The notes under the pieces: model-generated | What the model was told of the DNA's origin: nothing | The model's input: the letters and a program-made list of their open reading frames with translations, nothing else | Database searches by the model: none | Assembly: GCF_036971445.1 (NCBI RefSeq) | Contig: NC_091481.1 | Coordinates: 72,912,001-72,976,000, forward strand | Direction: 5' to 3' | Length of the DNA stretch: 64,000 nt | Origin: Narcine bancroftii | Taxonomy: Eukaryota | Made by a program: the position numbers and the translations under genes | Shown here: one piece after another, positions 24,501 through 34,550 of the stretch | Layout of the letters: the number at the start of each line of letters is the position of its first letter | Numbering within the stretch: the stretch's first letter is position 1

Positions 24501-27500
24501 CTGGCACAATTTCTATTCTCTGGTATCTTTTTAATGTGTTAATTTTTTAAAAATAATTTAAATTTAAAAGATCTCCTGTCAGGCTGGTTGGGAATCGGTA
24601 AGGCACCAGTGATCTGGGGTTTCAGTTCATGGCCAGTCACAGAATATCCTCCTTGCTCGTTCTTGGAAGGTGTCAGGGGGGGGTATTAATTGTCATCTCA
24701 GTTGCTGTGAGAGTTGCATTAAGAGCCCTTTCGATTTTAATAAAACTATCTTTGCATCATCCACTCTCCACTCGGGCACATGAAGTTGGAGAAAGTTTAT
24801 GATCCCAAAAACGAGGAGGATGACATGATGGAGATGGAAGAGGAGCGTCTGCGGATGAGGGAGCACGTGATGAATGAGGTGAGTAATTGCCTGGGTACAG
24901 AGAGAGCAGCCAAACTTGAAATGTGTATTTTCTGAGGGGTGTCTGTTTCATTTTTACTCAGAATAATGTTGCACTCAATTCCTTTGCTGAGGGTCATTGC
25001 TGCACAGCGCGAGTTGAATGAAATCAAAGTTGAACTGCAAACATCCTGCCTGTTACATCAGTTCTTCCTTAAGATTTATAAAAAGGAGAACACCATGGAG
25101 GCCCTTGAGTCTGTTCCACTATTCAGGAAGATTGAGGCATTCTGTGTGGCGCGGTTAACGCAACGTTATCAGGCGCCAGCGACCCGGTTCAAATCCTGCA
25201 CTGTCTGTGAGGAGTTTGTACGTGTTCTCCATGTCTGAGTCCAGTTTCCTCCCACGTTTCAAAGTTGATGTAAAGAGTTGGTAGGTCACGGTCACATACA
25301 TGGGTGTATTTGGGCAGCATTGACTCAAGGGCTGGAAGGGCCTGTTAGTGTGCTATATGTCTAAATTTTTTTAAAAAACTAAATGTCCCCGATTTCCAGT
25401 TTTGATTCCTATAATTCCCTCAGTCTGCACAAATTTATTCATCTCAGAGTTAAGTATAACAATTAGACATCCTCAGCTCTTGGATGTAAAATTTTCTCAC
25501 CTCCTGAACACTGGGTAATAATTACTTCTCATCCCCTTCTTAAAAAGCTAGTGGTTCTAGCATCGTCAGCCAGCGGCAGTAGTCTGTTATCCTCCCCCCT
25601 CCCCCTCATTCCCTACACCTTTCCCCTCTCTTCTCACCCCTGTCCCCACACCCCTCTCTTCTCCCACAATTTCTCTCATTTCTTCCAACCCCCATGGGAC
25701 ATTTCTGTTTTAGAAGTAGTTCTTCCACCAGATGTCCCACAGGGTATTTGTGTTCTGACTGTGTTCTACCTTTAACTACCTGGAGTGGTGTCCCTAAAAT
25801 GGACAGAGGAGCGAGCCATCATTCCTGACTGCATGATCTTTCTGCTGCTGACAATTTACTTGCTGGGCAGGTCGACACCAACAAGGATCGATTGGTGACT
25901 CTGGAGGAATTTCTGAAGTCAACAGAGAAGAAAGAGTTCCTGGAGCCAGAGGAATGGGAGGTCAGTGTCTGATTTGCGGGAGGGATGGCCGTGAGGTTGG
26001 CGATGTTGAGGTGGAAGGGCACCAGGTCGCTCGAGCAATGCAGAACGACGTGAGAGCATCTGCCTGGTAATCCTGTTTTGTGTAGAATTTGCCCAGTGCC
26101 CACCCATTTAATTCCCTGCCCCATTGCTGTGTTGACATGTCTATCCATGGTCTCATGCACTGCCAGGCTGAGGCAGCCCGCAAATTGGAGGAGCAACACC
26201 TCATCTTCCGTCTGGGCACTCTCTAACCGGATGGCTTTAACATAGACTTCTCCGGTTTCCATGGAACACTCCTACCACCCTTCTTCTTCCCCTGTCGCCT
26301 TTCCCCCCAAAGCGCTCTCTCTCTCTCCCCCATTTTCCCTCTGTCCTTTCACAAAGGCAAAATCAATTCTCTCCTTTTATCATATCCAATTAACACCTTT
26401 TGTCTGTTAGTCTGGACATCTTCCCCTCCCATTCTTCCCCCTTCCCCCTTTCTCTCTCGTCTTTAATTAAGACGTCTTCCTGTTTTTTGCTTATACCTTG
26501 AAAGAGGGCTTAGGCCTGAAACATCAGTGATGTCTTTACCTCCTTTGGTGCTGTGAGACCAGCTGAGTTCCTCCAGCATTTCTGTGTTTTTTCTGCTTTT
26601 TTTTAAACAATATTTGTTTTTATATACGTATATATGCATGGCATTTGTATCATGTGTCTGTATGTGTGCCTGCATGTTCTGCACTGAGGACCAGAGAGCG
26701 CTATTTTGTTGGGTTGTATGTGTACAATCAGATGATTATAAATGATGTAAATGAGCAGAGGAGGAGGAGGAGGGCAATGGCTGGTATAGGTTCAGGGCTG
26801 CACTGACTTGGCCCAGGCTGAGGATGATGGAGCTGGGATTGTGTGGGGAGAGAGGAGGATAATGCTGAACTGGACTGGGGGGATGTCGGGTGGGTGGGCT
26901 TTGAGAACACAAGCTCGTGTTCCCTGTCCACTGACCATCCTCCTGCATTCTCCCGGAGCAGACACTGGACGAGACCCAGATCTACACGGAGGAGGAGCTA
27001 CGGCAGTATGAGCGCGAGCTGGCTGAGCAGGAGGCTGAGATTGCCCAAAGGGTGGAGCAGCTAAGGAGGGAACACGAGGACCTGCAGCGGAGGCAGAATG
27101 AACTGGACGCTCAGAAGAAAGAATATCAACAGGTTTGCTCAGTGGCCATCCGTTTCAGTTCCCTGCCCCATCCCCTTGATATTTCTGTCCACGATCTCGC
27201 GCACTGCCAGACTGAGACCACCCCCAAATTGGAGGAAGAAACCTCTTCCGTCTGGGCACCCTCCAACCGGATGGCATTAACATCGACTTTCCAGTTTTTA
27301 AATAATTCTCCCCCATCCCATAGCCTTCCCTCAGTTTTTTCTCTCTCCCCTTTTCCCACTGTCTCCTTTCTCAGAGCCAAAATCAATTTTCACCTTTCCT
27401 CTTATCACATCCAATTGACACCTTTTGGCTGTTGTTCTGAACACCACCCCCTGCCTGTCTTCAGTCTTCAATTTGCCTTCCTGTTCTTTGCTTATTCCTT

Positions 27501-30187
27501 GATGAAGGGTTCAGACCAAAACGCCGGTAATATATCTTTACCTCCTATGGATGCTATGAGACTGACAGAGTTCCTCCAACACCTCTGTGTGTGTTTAATG
27601 CTCAGTGGCTCACCAGCCCTGTGCTCATGTAGAATTTTGGAGTGAGAGGGGAAGGACGATGGCAGAAGGTAACAGCACTGTGTTCCAGCAACACTGCTTC
27701 AATCCTAACCCCCGTGCTGTCAGTGTGGAGTTTGATAGATTTCCCTCTAAGTGCTCTGATTTTTCTTTCCCATGTCCCAAAGGTGTGCAAGTTGGCAGGT
27801 TAATTGGTGGCTGTAAATTGCCTCTGGTGAGAAGGTAATTAGTAGAATAAGTGGGGGTTGTGGGAGGTAGGAGGAGAGGTTGATGAGAATGTGAGGGAAT
27901 AATAATAGAAGCTTGATGGTCAGTGAAACAAGGGTCTAAGGGTCTATATCCCTAGAGGGACCATTGGAGAGTGTCTGTGATCCAAATACCCCCTTCCCTG
28001 GCCATGGGTCCTGAGACCAACACATATTTTCAAAAGGATTACTTCCTGAAAAACAATTCGGGATTCCAATAGACAACTTCAAGCTGAACATAAAGGTAAT
28101 TTCAGATTTGCTGTATCATGTAGGAAGTTGGCAAAACGTTATATTAACTTTGATTGAATTTAGCCTATCTAATCGCATAATGATACTGAAACACTGCATT
28201 AGTTTGTCAGACCTAAAAATGTTTTGCCACTGATTTTCATTTGTACTCGGCATCTGATACCTCATGTGTCAGTGTCCAACAGTAGTCGGCCAGTATTGAT
28301 GGATTCCAGTTACCCTGATACCACTTTTTCATGGTCGCAATGTCCTGGTGAAACCTTTCACCCGTGTTCCTCACTGGCGGCACCAAGATCAGCTGGGGAA
28401 AAGCCCAAGTGCAAATGCAGAAAATAAATTTTCAATGACATGTGGCACTTCTTGGTTTTGTAAGCTGGAAGTCGACTTAAAATATGACAGGAAATCACAA
28501 AAATAGGTAATATTGAACAATGCAGCAGAGAAACCGGTCCTTCGGCCCTGCTAGTCCATGTCGAACTATTATTTTCCCTAGTCCTACGTAAAAAAAAAAT
28601 GTACGTGATATGAAATTTTAAAGGTTATTTTCATGATCAGCCCAAAATCCATAAAATACACCCAAAAGTCTCCAGGAAGCAAAATATTCAGTGCCTAGTG
28701 TTATTGCTACCATGGGAGCTGGCTCAGCCAATCAGGCCAGTTGAGAAAGGAACCATTTGTCCTTCTGTCGATCAATCACAGTGACCATCCAAAATCTCTG
28801 CAAATGAGGTGATGGTTGCTATATCACATACTCTGGATCTGATGCTTCCTCCCTGACTGCCTTCTCTTGTGACCCAGGCCCTACAGCAAATGGAGCAGAA
28901 GAAATCTCAGCAGAAGGGCCAAGCCCCTGCTCCTGGCCCTGGAGGAGAACTGAAATTCCATCCCCCTCAGGCAGCAACAGGTAAGGAGATCTGATGGAGA
29001 GGCAAGCCACCTCTAGGTGAGCAGGAAGCTGGGCTGGGTGATGGGTGCTGTTGGTATCCTTGTCGGTGACGTACAATGTGTTTACAATCTCCCAGGACTT
29101 TGCCTGTCCTGCAGTGTTGTGGCCTGGCCTGTTGATACTTTGGAGATGAAAACCTTGCTGCCAGAGGATTGACTTACAAGTTTGCAGATCCGTGGCCCTT
29201 GCCTGCTTTAGCCTACCATACAATCATTGATCGTTAAAAATGTCACCCCAAAACCAGGGTTGCCTTGTACACCAAGTGTAAAATCCAAACCTTAACAGTG
29301 AAGCTTCAGTACTTCCCACCCCGGGGTCCATCCATCCAGTCCGAATGCTGTCGACTCTGTTCAGGTTTTAAGTGGCCTGTTAAAGGAGCCGACAGTGGTT
29401 ACTTTAAAATGTGATAATAAAATGTAAGCCTTTACTGGGTCATTTGCTTTTATGAAATTGTGAATTAGTATATTAAATGTGCCCAGCAGGATCACTCCAC
29501 TGGTCATCGATAAGTGCCAGACTTGGGGTAGTCTTATATGGCAAGTATAACTCAAAACCTACATTTTAGGTGGAAATTCAGGGGGTCATCTTGTGCATGA
29601 GTTGTCTTTAGGCTGGTATATACAGTAATCATAACTAAAGTCTGGACCAATACAGTTGGCTGTTAACTGATATCTGAAGTGGCTTGGCCAACTATTTGGT
29701 TTATGGGTGGGGCAATAACCATCAATCCATTAACTGGAAAATGTTACATCCAAATGTTAAGTGTTGTAGGCAATGTTACACCTGTCAGCATCTGGTTATC
29801 TTAGAGGTGGATAGCACAGAGGATCATTTGGTCCAGAGTGTCTATGTCGGACCACCAGTTTCATTGCAAATACAGAGATTTGGTGCTCAATGCCATCAGC
29901 AGGAATGGGACTGAGCTCCAGTGACAAGGTTCTTCCCAATGTTGAGCCTTCCTGCTCTGCCAGTTGTGGTTTTATGTGAACTTGTTGTATCTCTGGGTCT
30001 TTCAGATGTCCGAGCTCCAGTCAATGAGCCAGCACAGGTGCAGCCAGAGGTGGAAAGGCTTGAGCATGCACCTGGCCACCAGGCTGACCAACCACGGCCA
30101 CCTGGCCACCAGGCTGACCAACCAGCACCAGCTGCCCACGATCCAATGGAGAAGCAACCAGAGACAACAGCGTCACCATTGCAGTGA
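12415..30187 (+). CDS. NUCB1: Nucleobindin-1 (calnuc), full spliced CDS of 12 exons, 1425 nt, 474 aa
   Basis: join(12415-12519,18392-18499,19279-19411,20953-21056,21338-21523,22042-22132,22744-22802,24786-24878,25871-25960,26962-27132,28878-28980,30006-30187). All introns GT-AG and phase-consistent. NUCB1-diagnostic residues [21 protein letters not shown] and HPKVNVP; two EF-hands; coiled coil. Confidence 0.93.
12657..12993. mobile_element. Tc1/mariner-type MITE
   Basis: Termini TACTGTATATACT ... AGTATATACCATA. A further MITE family has two mutually similar copies at about 23080-23515 and 29215-29627. Confidence 0.55.
13028..13270 (+). mobile_element. tRNA-derived V-SINE/HE1-like SINE
   Basis: B-box GGTTCGAATCC, V-domain-like GGAATTTGTACATTCTCACCGTGTCTGCATGGGTTTTCC. 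Further copies about 13555-13765, 24117-24330, 25146-25365, 27660-27830, 35230-35410(-), 53960-54100, 57760-57880. Confidence 0.8.
14942..16735. mobile_element. Non-autonomous hAT (Charlie-like) transposon with cargo, 1794 bp
   Basis: TIRs CACACATGTCAAACTC / GAGTTTGACACCCCTG, perfect 8-bp TSD CTATAGAG (14934-14941, 16736-16743), subterminal GGCCCGC repeats, no transposase ORF. Confidence 0.9.
15769..15997. repeat. About 31-bp tandem repeat (GAGAAACTCAGCAGGTCAAGGGGGGTCCGG), about 7 copies
   Basis: Directly visible; the unit derives from the Penelope-like terminus. Confidence 0.9.
17128..17360. mobile_element. Penelope-like termini in inverted arrangement
   Basis: GAGGAACTCAGC...AGGTAAAGATAT mirrored by ATATCTTTACCT...GCTGAGTTCCTC. 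Another inverted pair at about 34780-35140. Confidence 0.7.
18392..18499 (+). CDS. NUCB1: NUCB1 coding exon 2 ([36 protein letters not shown])
   Basis: 108 nt, AG/GT flanks, nesfatin-1-like region. Confidence 0.95.
19279..19411 (+). CDS. NUCB1: NUCB1 coding exon 3 ([44 protein letters not shown])
   Basis: 133 nt, contains the dibasic KR processing site. Confidence 0.95.
19505..20845 (+). mobile_element. Rex/Babar-type LINE fragment with an antisense copy of the same family nested at 19556-20109
   Basis: WCEITT..LNVDK / TKEMIMDF is split by the insert; both carry the IIxxPFxxAHSIFQL motif. Confidence 0.8.
20953..21056 (+). CDS. NUCB1: NUCB1 coding exon 4 ([35 protein letters not shown])
   Basis: 104 nt, AG/GT flanks, phase 1 to 0. 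Confidence 0.95.
21338..21523 (+). CDS. NUCB1: NUCB1 coding exon 5 ([28 protein letters not shown]...HPKVNVP)
   Basis: 186 nt, AG/GT flanks. Confidence 0.95.
21806..21900. repeat. 24-bp tandem repeat x4 (TGGTCCCCTGTCCGCGGCCACCCG)
   Basis: Directly visible. Confidence 0.85.
22042..22132 (+). CDS. NUCB1: NUCB1 coding exon 6 ([30 protein letters not shown])
   Basis: 91 nt, donor G|GTAAGT. Confidence 0.95.
22338..22479. mobile_element. hAT-type MITE
   Basis: TIRs CAGTGGTTCTTAACC / GGTTGTGAACCACTG, imperfect 8-bp TSD AATTATGC/ATCTATGC. A second copy at 62150-62811 is interrupted by a Rex LINE. Confidence 0.7.
22744..22802 (+). CDS. NUCB1: NUCB1 coding exon 7, EF-hand 1 loop ([20 protein letters not shown])
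   Basis: 59 nt, canonical EF-hand loop. Confidence 0.95.
24786..24878 (+). CDS. NUCB1: NUCB1 coding exon 8 ([31 protein letters not shown])
   Basis: 93 nt, near-invariant nucleobindin acidic linker; atypical acceptor catgaAG. Confidence 0.93.
25871..25960 (+). CDS. NUCB1: NUCB1 coding exon 9, EF-hand 2 ([30 protein letters not shown])
   Basis: 90 nt, AG/GT flanks. Confidence 0.95.
26962..27132 (+). CDS. NUCB1: NUCB1 coding exon 10, leucine zipper/coiled coil ([19 protein letters not shown]...KKEYQQ)
   Basis: 171 nt, AG/GT flanks. Confidence 0.93.
28012..28700 (-). mobile_element. Chapaev3-like DNA transposon deletion derivative
   Basis: Terminus CACTAGGCACTGAA...TTTGCTTCC; [29 protein letters not shown] transposase C-terminus. 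Confidence 0.6.
28878..28980 (+). CDS. NUCB1: NUCB1 coding exon 11 ([34 protein letters not shown])
   Basis: 103 nt, conserved GELKFHP motif, donor G|GTAAGG. Confidence 0.9.
30006..30187 (+). CDS. NUCB1: NUCB1 terminal coding exon (DVRAPVNEP...TASPLQ*)
   Basis: Acceptor ggtctttcAG, phase 1 matches previous exon, TGA ends at 30187. Confidence 0.8.
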
Positions 30188-30876
30188 TCTTGACTTTTGA
30201 CTATCGTGTGAATCACTGTTCAAGACAGCAGGATCAGAGTCCGGTTAATCAGGGGTAATCATCCTATAAATCTGTGAGCCAGTTATGCAAAATATTTTAC
30301 AGACAGTCCCTGAGTTGTACTCTTGTCTCCCCATCTCTTTAGTTTTGGATGTTGTTCTGCTTCCCTCTCCTGACTGGGAGTTTAACAAATGCTGCCTGCT
30401 GGTCACAGAAGGTTGAGAGATAACTCCTTGTTGTGTGCTGGGAAAAGGGGCGACAGTCAAGGATTTTCCTCATGGACCCAAGACCACATAGGAGGGCAAG
30501 CTAGTGTCAATGTTGTCCTTGACCACAAGGCTACAGTCTGATTCTGCTATGATGTCCAGTCCTTGCAGCAGCATACAGTGTAAGCAGTTGATTGGATCTA
30601 GTTTTGCTTCTTACCCATTGTCCTGGATGTGCTAAAATATTTCAGTGTGTTAGAATCTTCTGTGATACTGCAAAATAATTTAAAACCCGTGCACACAGCA
30701 ATAACGAATGATGTAAATTAATGACGAAATTTCTGGCAAATGAACACTGTTCTGGTCACTTACAATCCTTGCCGAAAGGCAGTGAGGACAGAAAACGGCA
30801 TCTGATTTTTTTTTAATGCAGTTTTTAAGCATTTGATTTAAGGTTGAGAATGGTTTTGATTAATGAGCATTTGTGA

Positions 30877-30882
30877 AATAAA
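30877..30882 (+). terminator. NUCB1: Probable NUCB1 polyadenylation signal
   Basis: First AATAAA I found after the stop, followed by GT-rich sequence. Confidence 0.6.
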
Positions 30883-31374
30883 GGGTGTGACTGGGTTGTG
30901 TGGCTATACCTTATTTTACCTTACTCAAAGGTAAATCACCTACATGGATGAAGAATTGGTTACAAGGCAGGCTAGCTAGTATTTGCACCTGAAAAAGGAA
31001 ACTTGCTATTGTTGCTGTAGATTGCAAATGCTGGGGCTGATCCCTGTTGTAACCCACAGACTCCAGTCAGCCAACCTGAGAAAGTTCGATTTATTCCAAT
31101 ATTTGTTTTCTTTCCAATAACCAATTCTCTATGCACATCACCCCAAAGCTATGAGCTCCAACTTGTTCATCAAGTTTGGGGGAAGTCTGAAGAGACTGAT
31201 AGATATCTAATTAGTCAAGGATATGGGGAAAAGGCCAGAATTTGGAACTAGATATGAGAACAGTTTTGCTCAGGATGGAGTTGTAGAACAAACTTGATGG
31301 ACCAAATGGCCCACTTCTGTTTCTTCATCTTGTGATCAATCATCTGCACAGAAAACCATCTCAAAAACCAAATA

Positions 31375-31590
31375 TAGTAAACCCCCCCCCCTTCCAGTAT
31401 CTGGCACCCAAGGGGATAGGTAGATGCCAAATAAGTGAATTTTCTGGTTGCTTGAGATTAAATGTTGTGCAATTGGCAAACTAACCACTGGCGTCCTCAA
31501 TTTTAAACTTTTGTATTTTTTTTTAACCTATTTTCTGCCATTTTTTTTGCTAGTTGCTTTAATTCTGGATTACAGGGATTTTACTGTACA
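31375..31590. mobile_element. Tigger/Tc-like MITE (second copy about 33715-33882)
   Basis: TIRs TA(T/C)AGTAAAACCC / GGGATTTTACTGTA; shared internal GGTTGCTTGAGATT. Confidence 0.65.
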
Positions 31591-32599
31591 TAAATTCACT
31601 GAAAAACAGGAAAGTCTGTAGATACTGGGGTTGAGTGCAATACTGAACCCATGTTCAATAACAAGTTCAGCATGTCAGGCAGCATCTGTAGAAAGAACAG
31701 TCAATGTTTCAGGTCTGAGACACTTCATCAGGTTAGTCCAAGTAGCAGAAATGGGGAGGGGAGAGAATGGAATGTCTTTCACCTTTCTTTACAGTGGTGC
31801 TAATATGGTCATGAGACGTCGATCTGATCGACTAAGACAAGGCCAGTTAAGGAAAAAGAAAGGGATAACAGGCCACAATGGCCAGTCGTGAAGAAAGAGA
31901 TCGACACTAGTTAACCTGTTATGAAGTTTATGGTCATATACTCAATGCAATGAGAAACTTTATTGCAGCATCCCAGGAACATAAACATACAACACGAGAA
32001 AAATATACCAGTAATAGGAAAAGATAAATCCTTTTTTCACAATATACTCAACTACCACCTTGCATCACAATGCTGATGTTTTTTAGACTGGAAAAAACAT
32101 CTGGAGATACAAGATGGCATTAAATGAAATCATCATCTTGCTCTTATTGATGTCTTGTTCTTCCTATTTCTAAAATGTTCCATTTCTCTGGGAACTCTAT
32201 ATCAATGTTAGCCATTTTTCCCCATTAGAATTTTGGGCTTTTATTTGCAAATTAGATTCATTTTCAGAATTGGTCACGAACCGGTCATGAAATTTGTTGT
32301 TTTGCGGCTTTACAGGTACAAAATTGCTACAAATTACATTTTAAAAAATAAATTAGTGCAAGAGAAAGTGAGGTGGTAAAAGCATAATACTGGAGAAACT
32401 CACCAGGTCAAACAGTGTACTTTATATAGCAAAAATAAAGGTACATAACCAATGTTTCAGGCTTGAGCCCTTCAAAGTTCAAGCAAAATGTAGGCAGGCA
32501 CTTCGACATCTCTGCAATATCTTAGTCGGGCCGATTACCTCTCAGCTGCTGACATTCCAGAGAAAACAAGTTAAACTTCTCATAGCTACTCTAATCTCT

Positions 32600-33550
32600 C
32601 CAAAACCACAGAACATTACAGCTTCAACCCTTCTATTTTGCCTAGTCCCACTGACCTGCATCCAGTCCATAGCCGCTATACCTCTCCCATCCATATTCAT
32701 ATCCAAATTCTTAAATGTTAATATTGAACCTGCATTTACCAGGTTCCTGGTGTATTAAACGTGCCCAGCAGGATCACTGCACTGGTCATCGACGTGCCAG
32801 ACTTGGGGTAGTCTTCCTACTTCTGTGCAAAGAAATTCCCCTAAACTTTTCCCCTTAACCCAGGACCTCTGGTTTGTACATCTACTCTGTGGAAAAAGCC
32901 TATCTATCCTCCTCAAAATTTTAAATATCAAATCTTCCCTCATTCCTCTATACTCCAGGGAATGAAATCCTAATCCTAACCTGTTTAACCTTTCCCTGTA
33001 AATCAGTTCCCGAAGTCCAGGTAACACCCCAGTAAATCTTCTCTGCCCTCGATCTTGTATCTTTCCTGTAATTAGGTGACCAAAACTACACAACACTCCA
33101 TAATTTGGCCTCACCAATGACTTATACAACCTCACCACAACATCCCAACTCCTGCACTCAATACTTTGACTTATGAAGGCCGATGTGTCAAAAGCGGTCT
33201 TTATAAACCCTATCCACCTGTGTCACCACTTTTAGGAAATTGTGTATCTGTATTCCCAGATCCTTGTTCTACCACACTCCTCAGTGCATGTCCTAACTTG
33301 GTTTGTCCTTCCAAAATGCATCACCTCTCACTTGTCTGCAAGCTCTCCCCATCCTTCCAGTAATTCAACTAGAACTACACACAATACTCTAAATTGTACT
33401 CCATATTTTACAGCTGCAATGCACCTTCCCAACTTTTACCTCAAGACCCGAGCCAATGAGGGCGGGCATATCGTACAAGCCTGTCTAATTTTGTTGCTGG
33501 TTTCAGTGGAGTTGTACCCCAAGATTCTTCTGTACATAATGCTCTCAAGA
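32600..33550 (-). mobile_element. CR1 LINE remnant
   Basis: VRLYKSLVRP...QRRFTGVLPGLRELIYRERLNRLGL. Other CR1 pieces about 43990-44230, 44800-45260, 61130-61760(-). Confidence 0.8.
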
Positions 33551-34001
33551 ATCCTACCATTAACATTTGCCATCCCAAAATACAGCACCCTACTTACTCC
33601 AGGACCTGCTGAAACTTTTGGACAACCTTCCTCATTCTGCATAGCTCAACATTCATGTTATCTTAAATTTAAGAATCATGTACATGGGCTGATTAGCCTG
33701 AAAATGTACCAAAAACAGTAAAAACCCCAGAATCCAGCACCTATGGAGGATTGGTAAATGCCTGATAAGTAGTTTTCGGTTGCTTGAGATTGTGTTGCAA
33801 ACTGACAGTGAGACGTCAATTTAAACTTACATATTTTTTTCCTCACTCGCTTGAATTCTAGATAACAGGGATTTTACTGTATTAGCGTGTAAATGGTCAG
33901 TGGCCTTGTGAATGTAGTACCTTACAATTTTGCTATCAACACTTTTCCAACTTGACTATTTCCAAATTCCTTCATCAAACAGGAGTAGTCAGGAATAATC
34001 C

Positions 34002-34007
34002 TTTATT
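34002..34007 (-). terminator. PPP1R15A: Probable PPP1R15A polyadenylation signal
   Basis: TTTATT on plus strand (AATAAA on minus) about 290 nt past the stop. Confidence 0.5.
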
Positions 34008-34295
34008 GGACAGGCAACAACCAGCCAAAAAATTTCAACATTATAGAGTAGGAATGGATTAAATTTCAAGTCCACATAGAATAACTATACACCCAAATAA
34101 TCCTTCATTGCAGTTTTAAGGTTATCATTAGAATGGGATAATGGTCTCCACTGATATAAACAGGTGGGGTCCAGAGTAAAAGCACAAATCATAATACAAA
34201 GGACCCATAGAAATAAACAAAACAAATGCTGAAATTTTAAAACCTCAGATCAGGGCAAATTTGTGGGAAAAATTAACATTTCAAATCAGGGCTTG

Positions 34296-34550
34296 TCAGC
34301 ATTTAGCTTTTGCTCCTTTGAAGTACTGATTTCCAAACTCTGGCTCTTGGTCACCATGAAGCTTCATCCACACCACACACCTGTGTCCCTGTTCCAGACA
34401 GAAGCCAATTGCTGCCTCAGTGTTAGCAATGCGACGCTGAAACCGGCTCCGATCTCGTGCATATTGTTCCCAGGGACCCTTACGGGCAGCTCGATAGGCA
34501 AAGTCCCACACAATCATCTGGTGAACTTCAACCACAGGATTGAATCGAAC
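34296..34550 (-). CDS. PPP1R15A: PPP1R15A terminal exon (VRFNPVVEVHQMIVWDFAYRAARKGPWEQYARDRSRFQRRI...)
   Basis: Acceptor cttctttcAG; GADD34/ICP34.5-type C-terminal domain. Confidence 0.92.
   Translation of the reverse strand, partial: VRFNPVVEVHQMIVWDFAYRAARKGPWEQYARDRSRFQRRIANTEAAIGFCLEQGHRCVVWMKLHGDQEPEFGNQYFKGAKAKC

Noticed and set aside
12415-30187. Assignment as NUCB2
   Set aside because: N-terminal diagnostic residues, the extra terminal exon and TULP/PPP1R15A linkage all indicate NUCB1.
30741-30795. Twister-ribozyme-like or SECIS-like arrangement in the NUCB1 3' UTR
   Set aside because: CACTG/CAGTG pairing exists but pseudoknot residues do not match twister; no SECIS quartet geometry and no in-frame UGA.
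30789-30801. CAGAAAACGGCAT resembles the Illumina P7 adapter core
   Set aside because: Only 12 of 13 nt and flanks do not continue; treated as chance.
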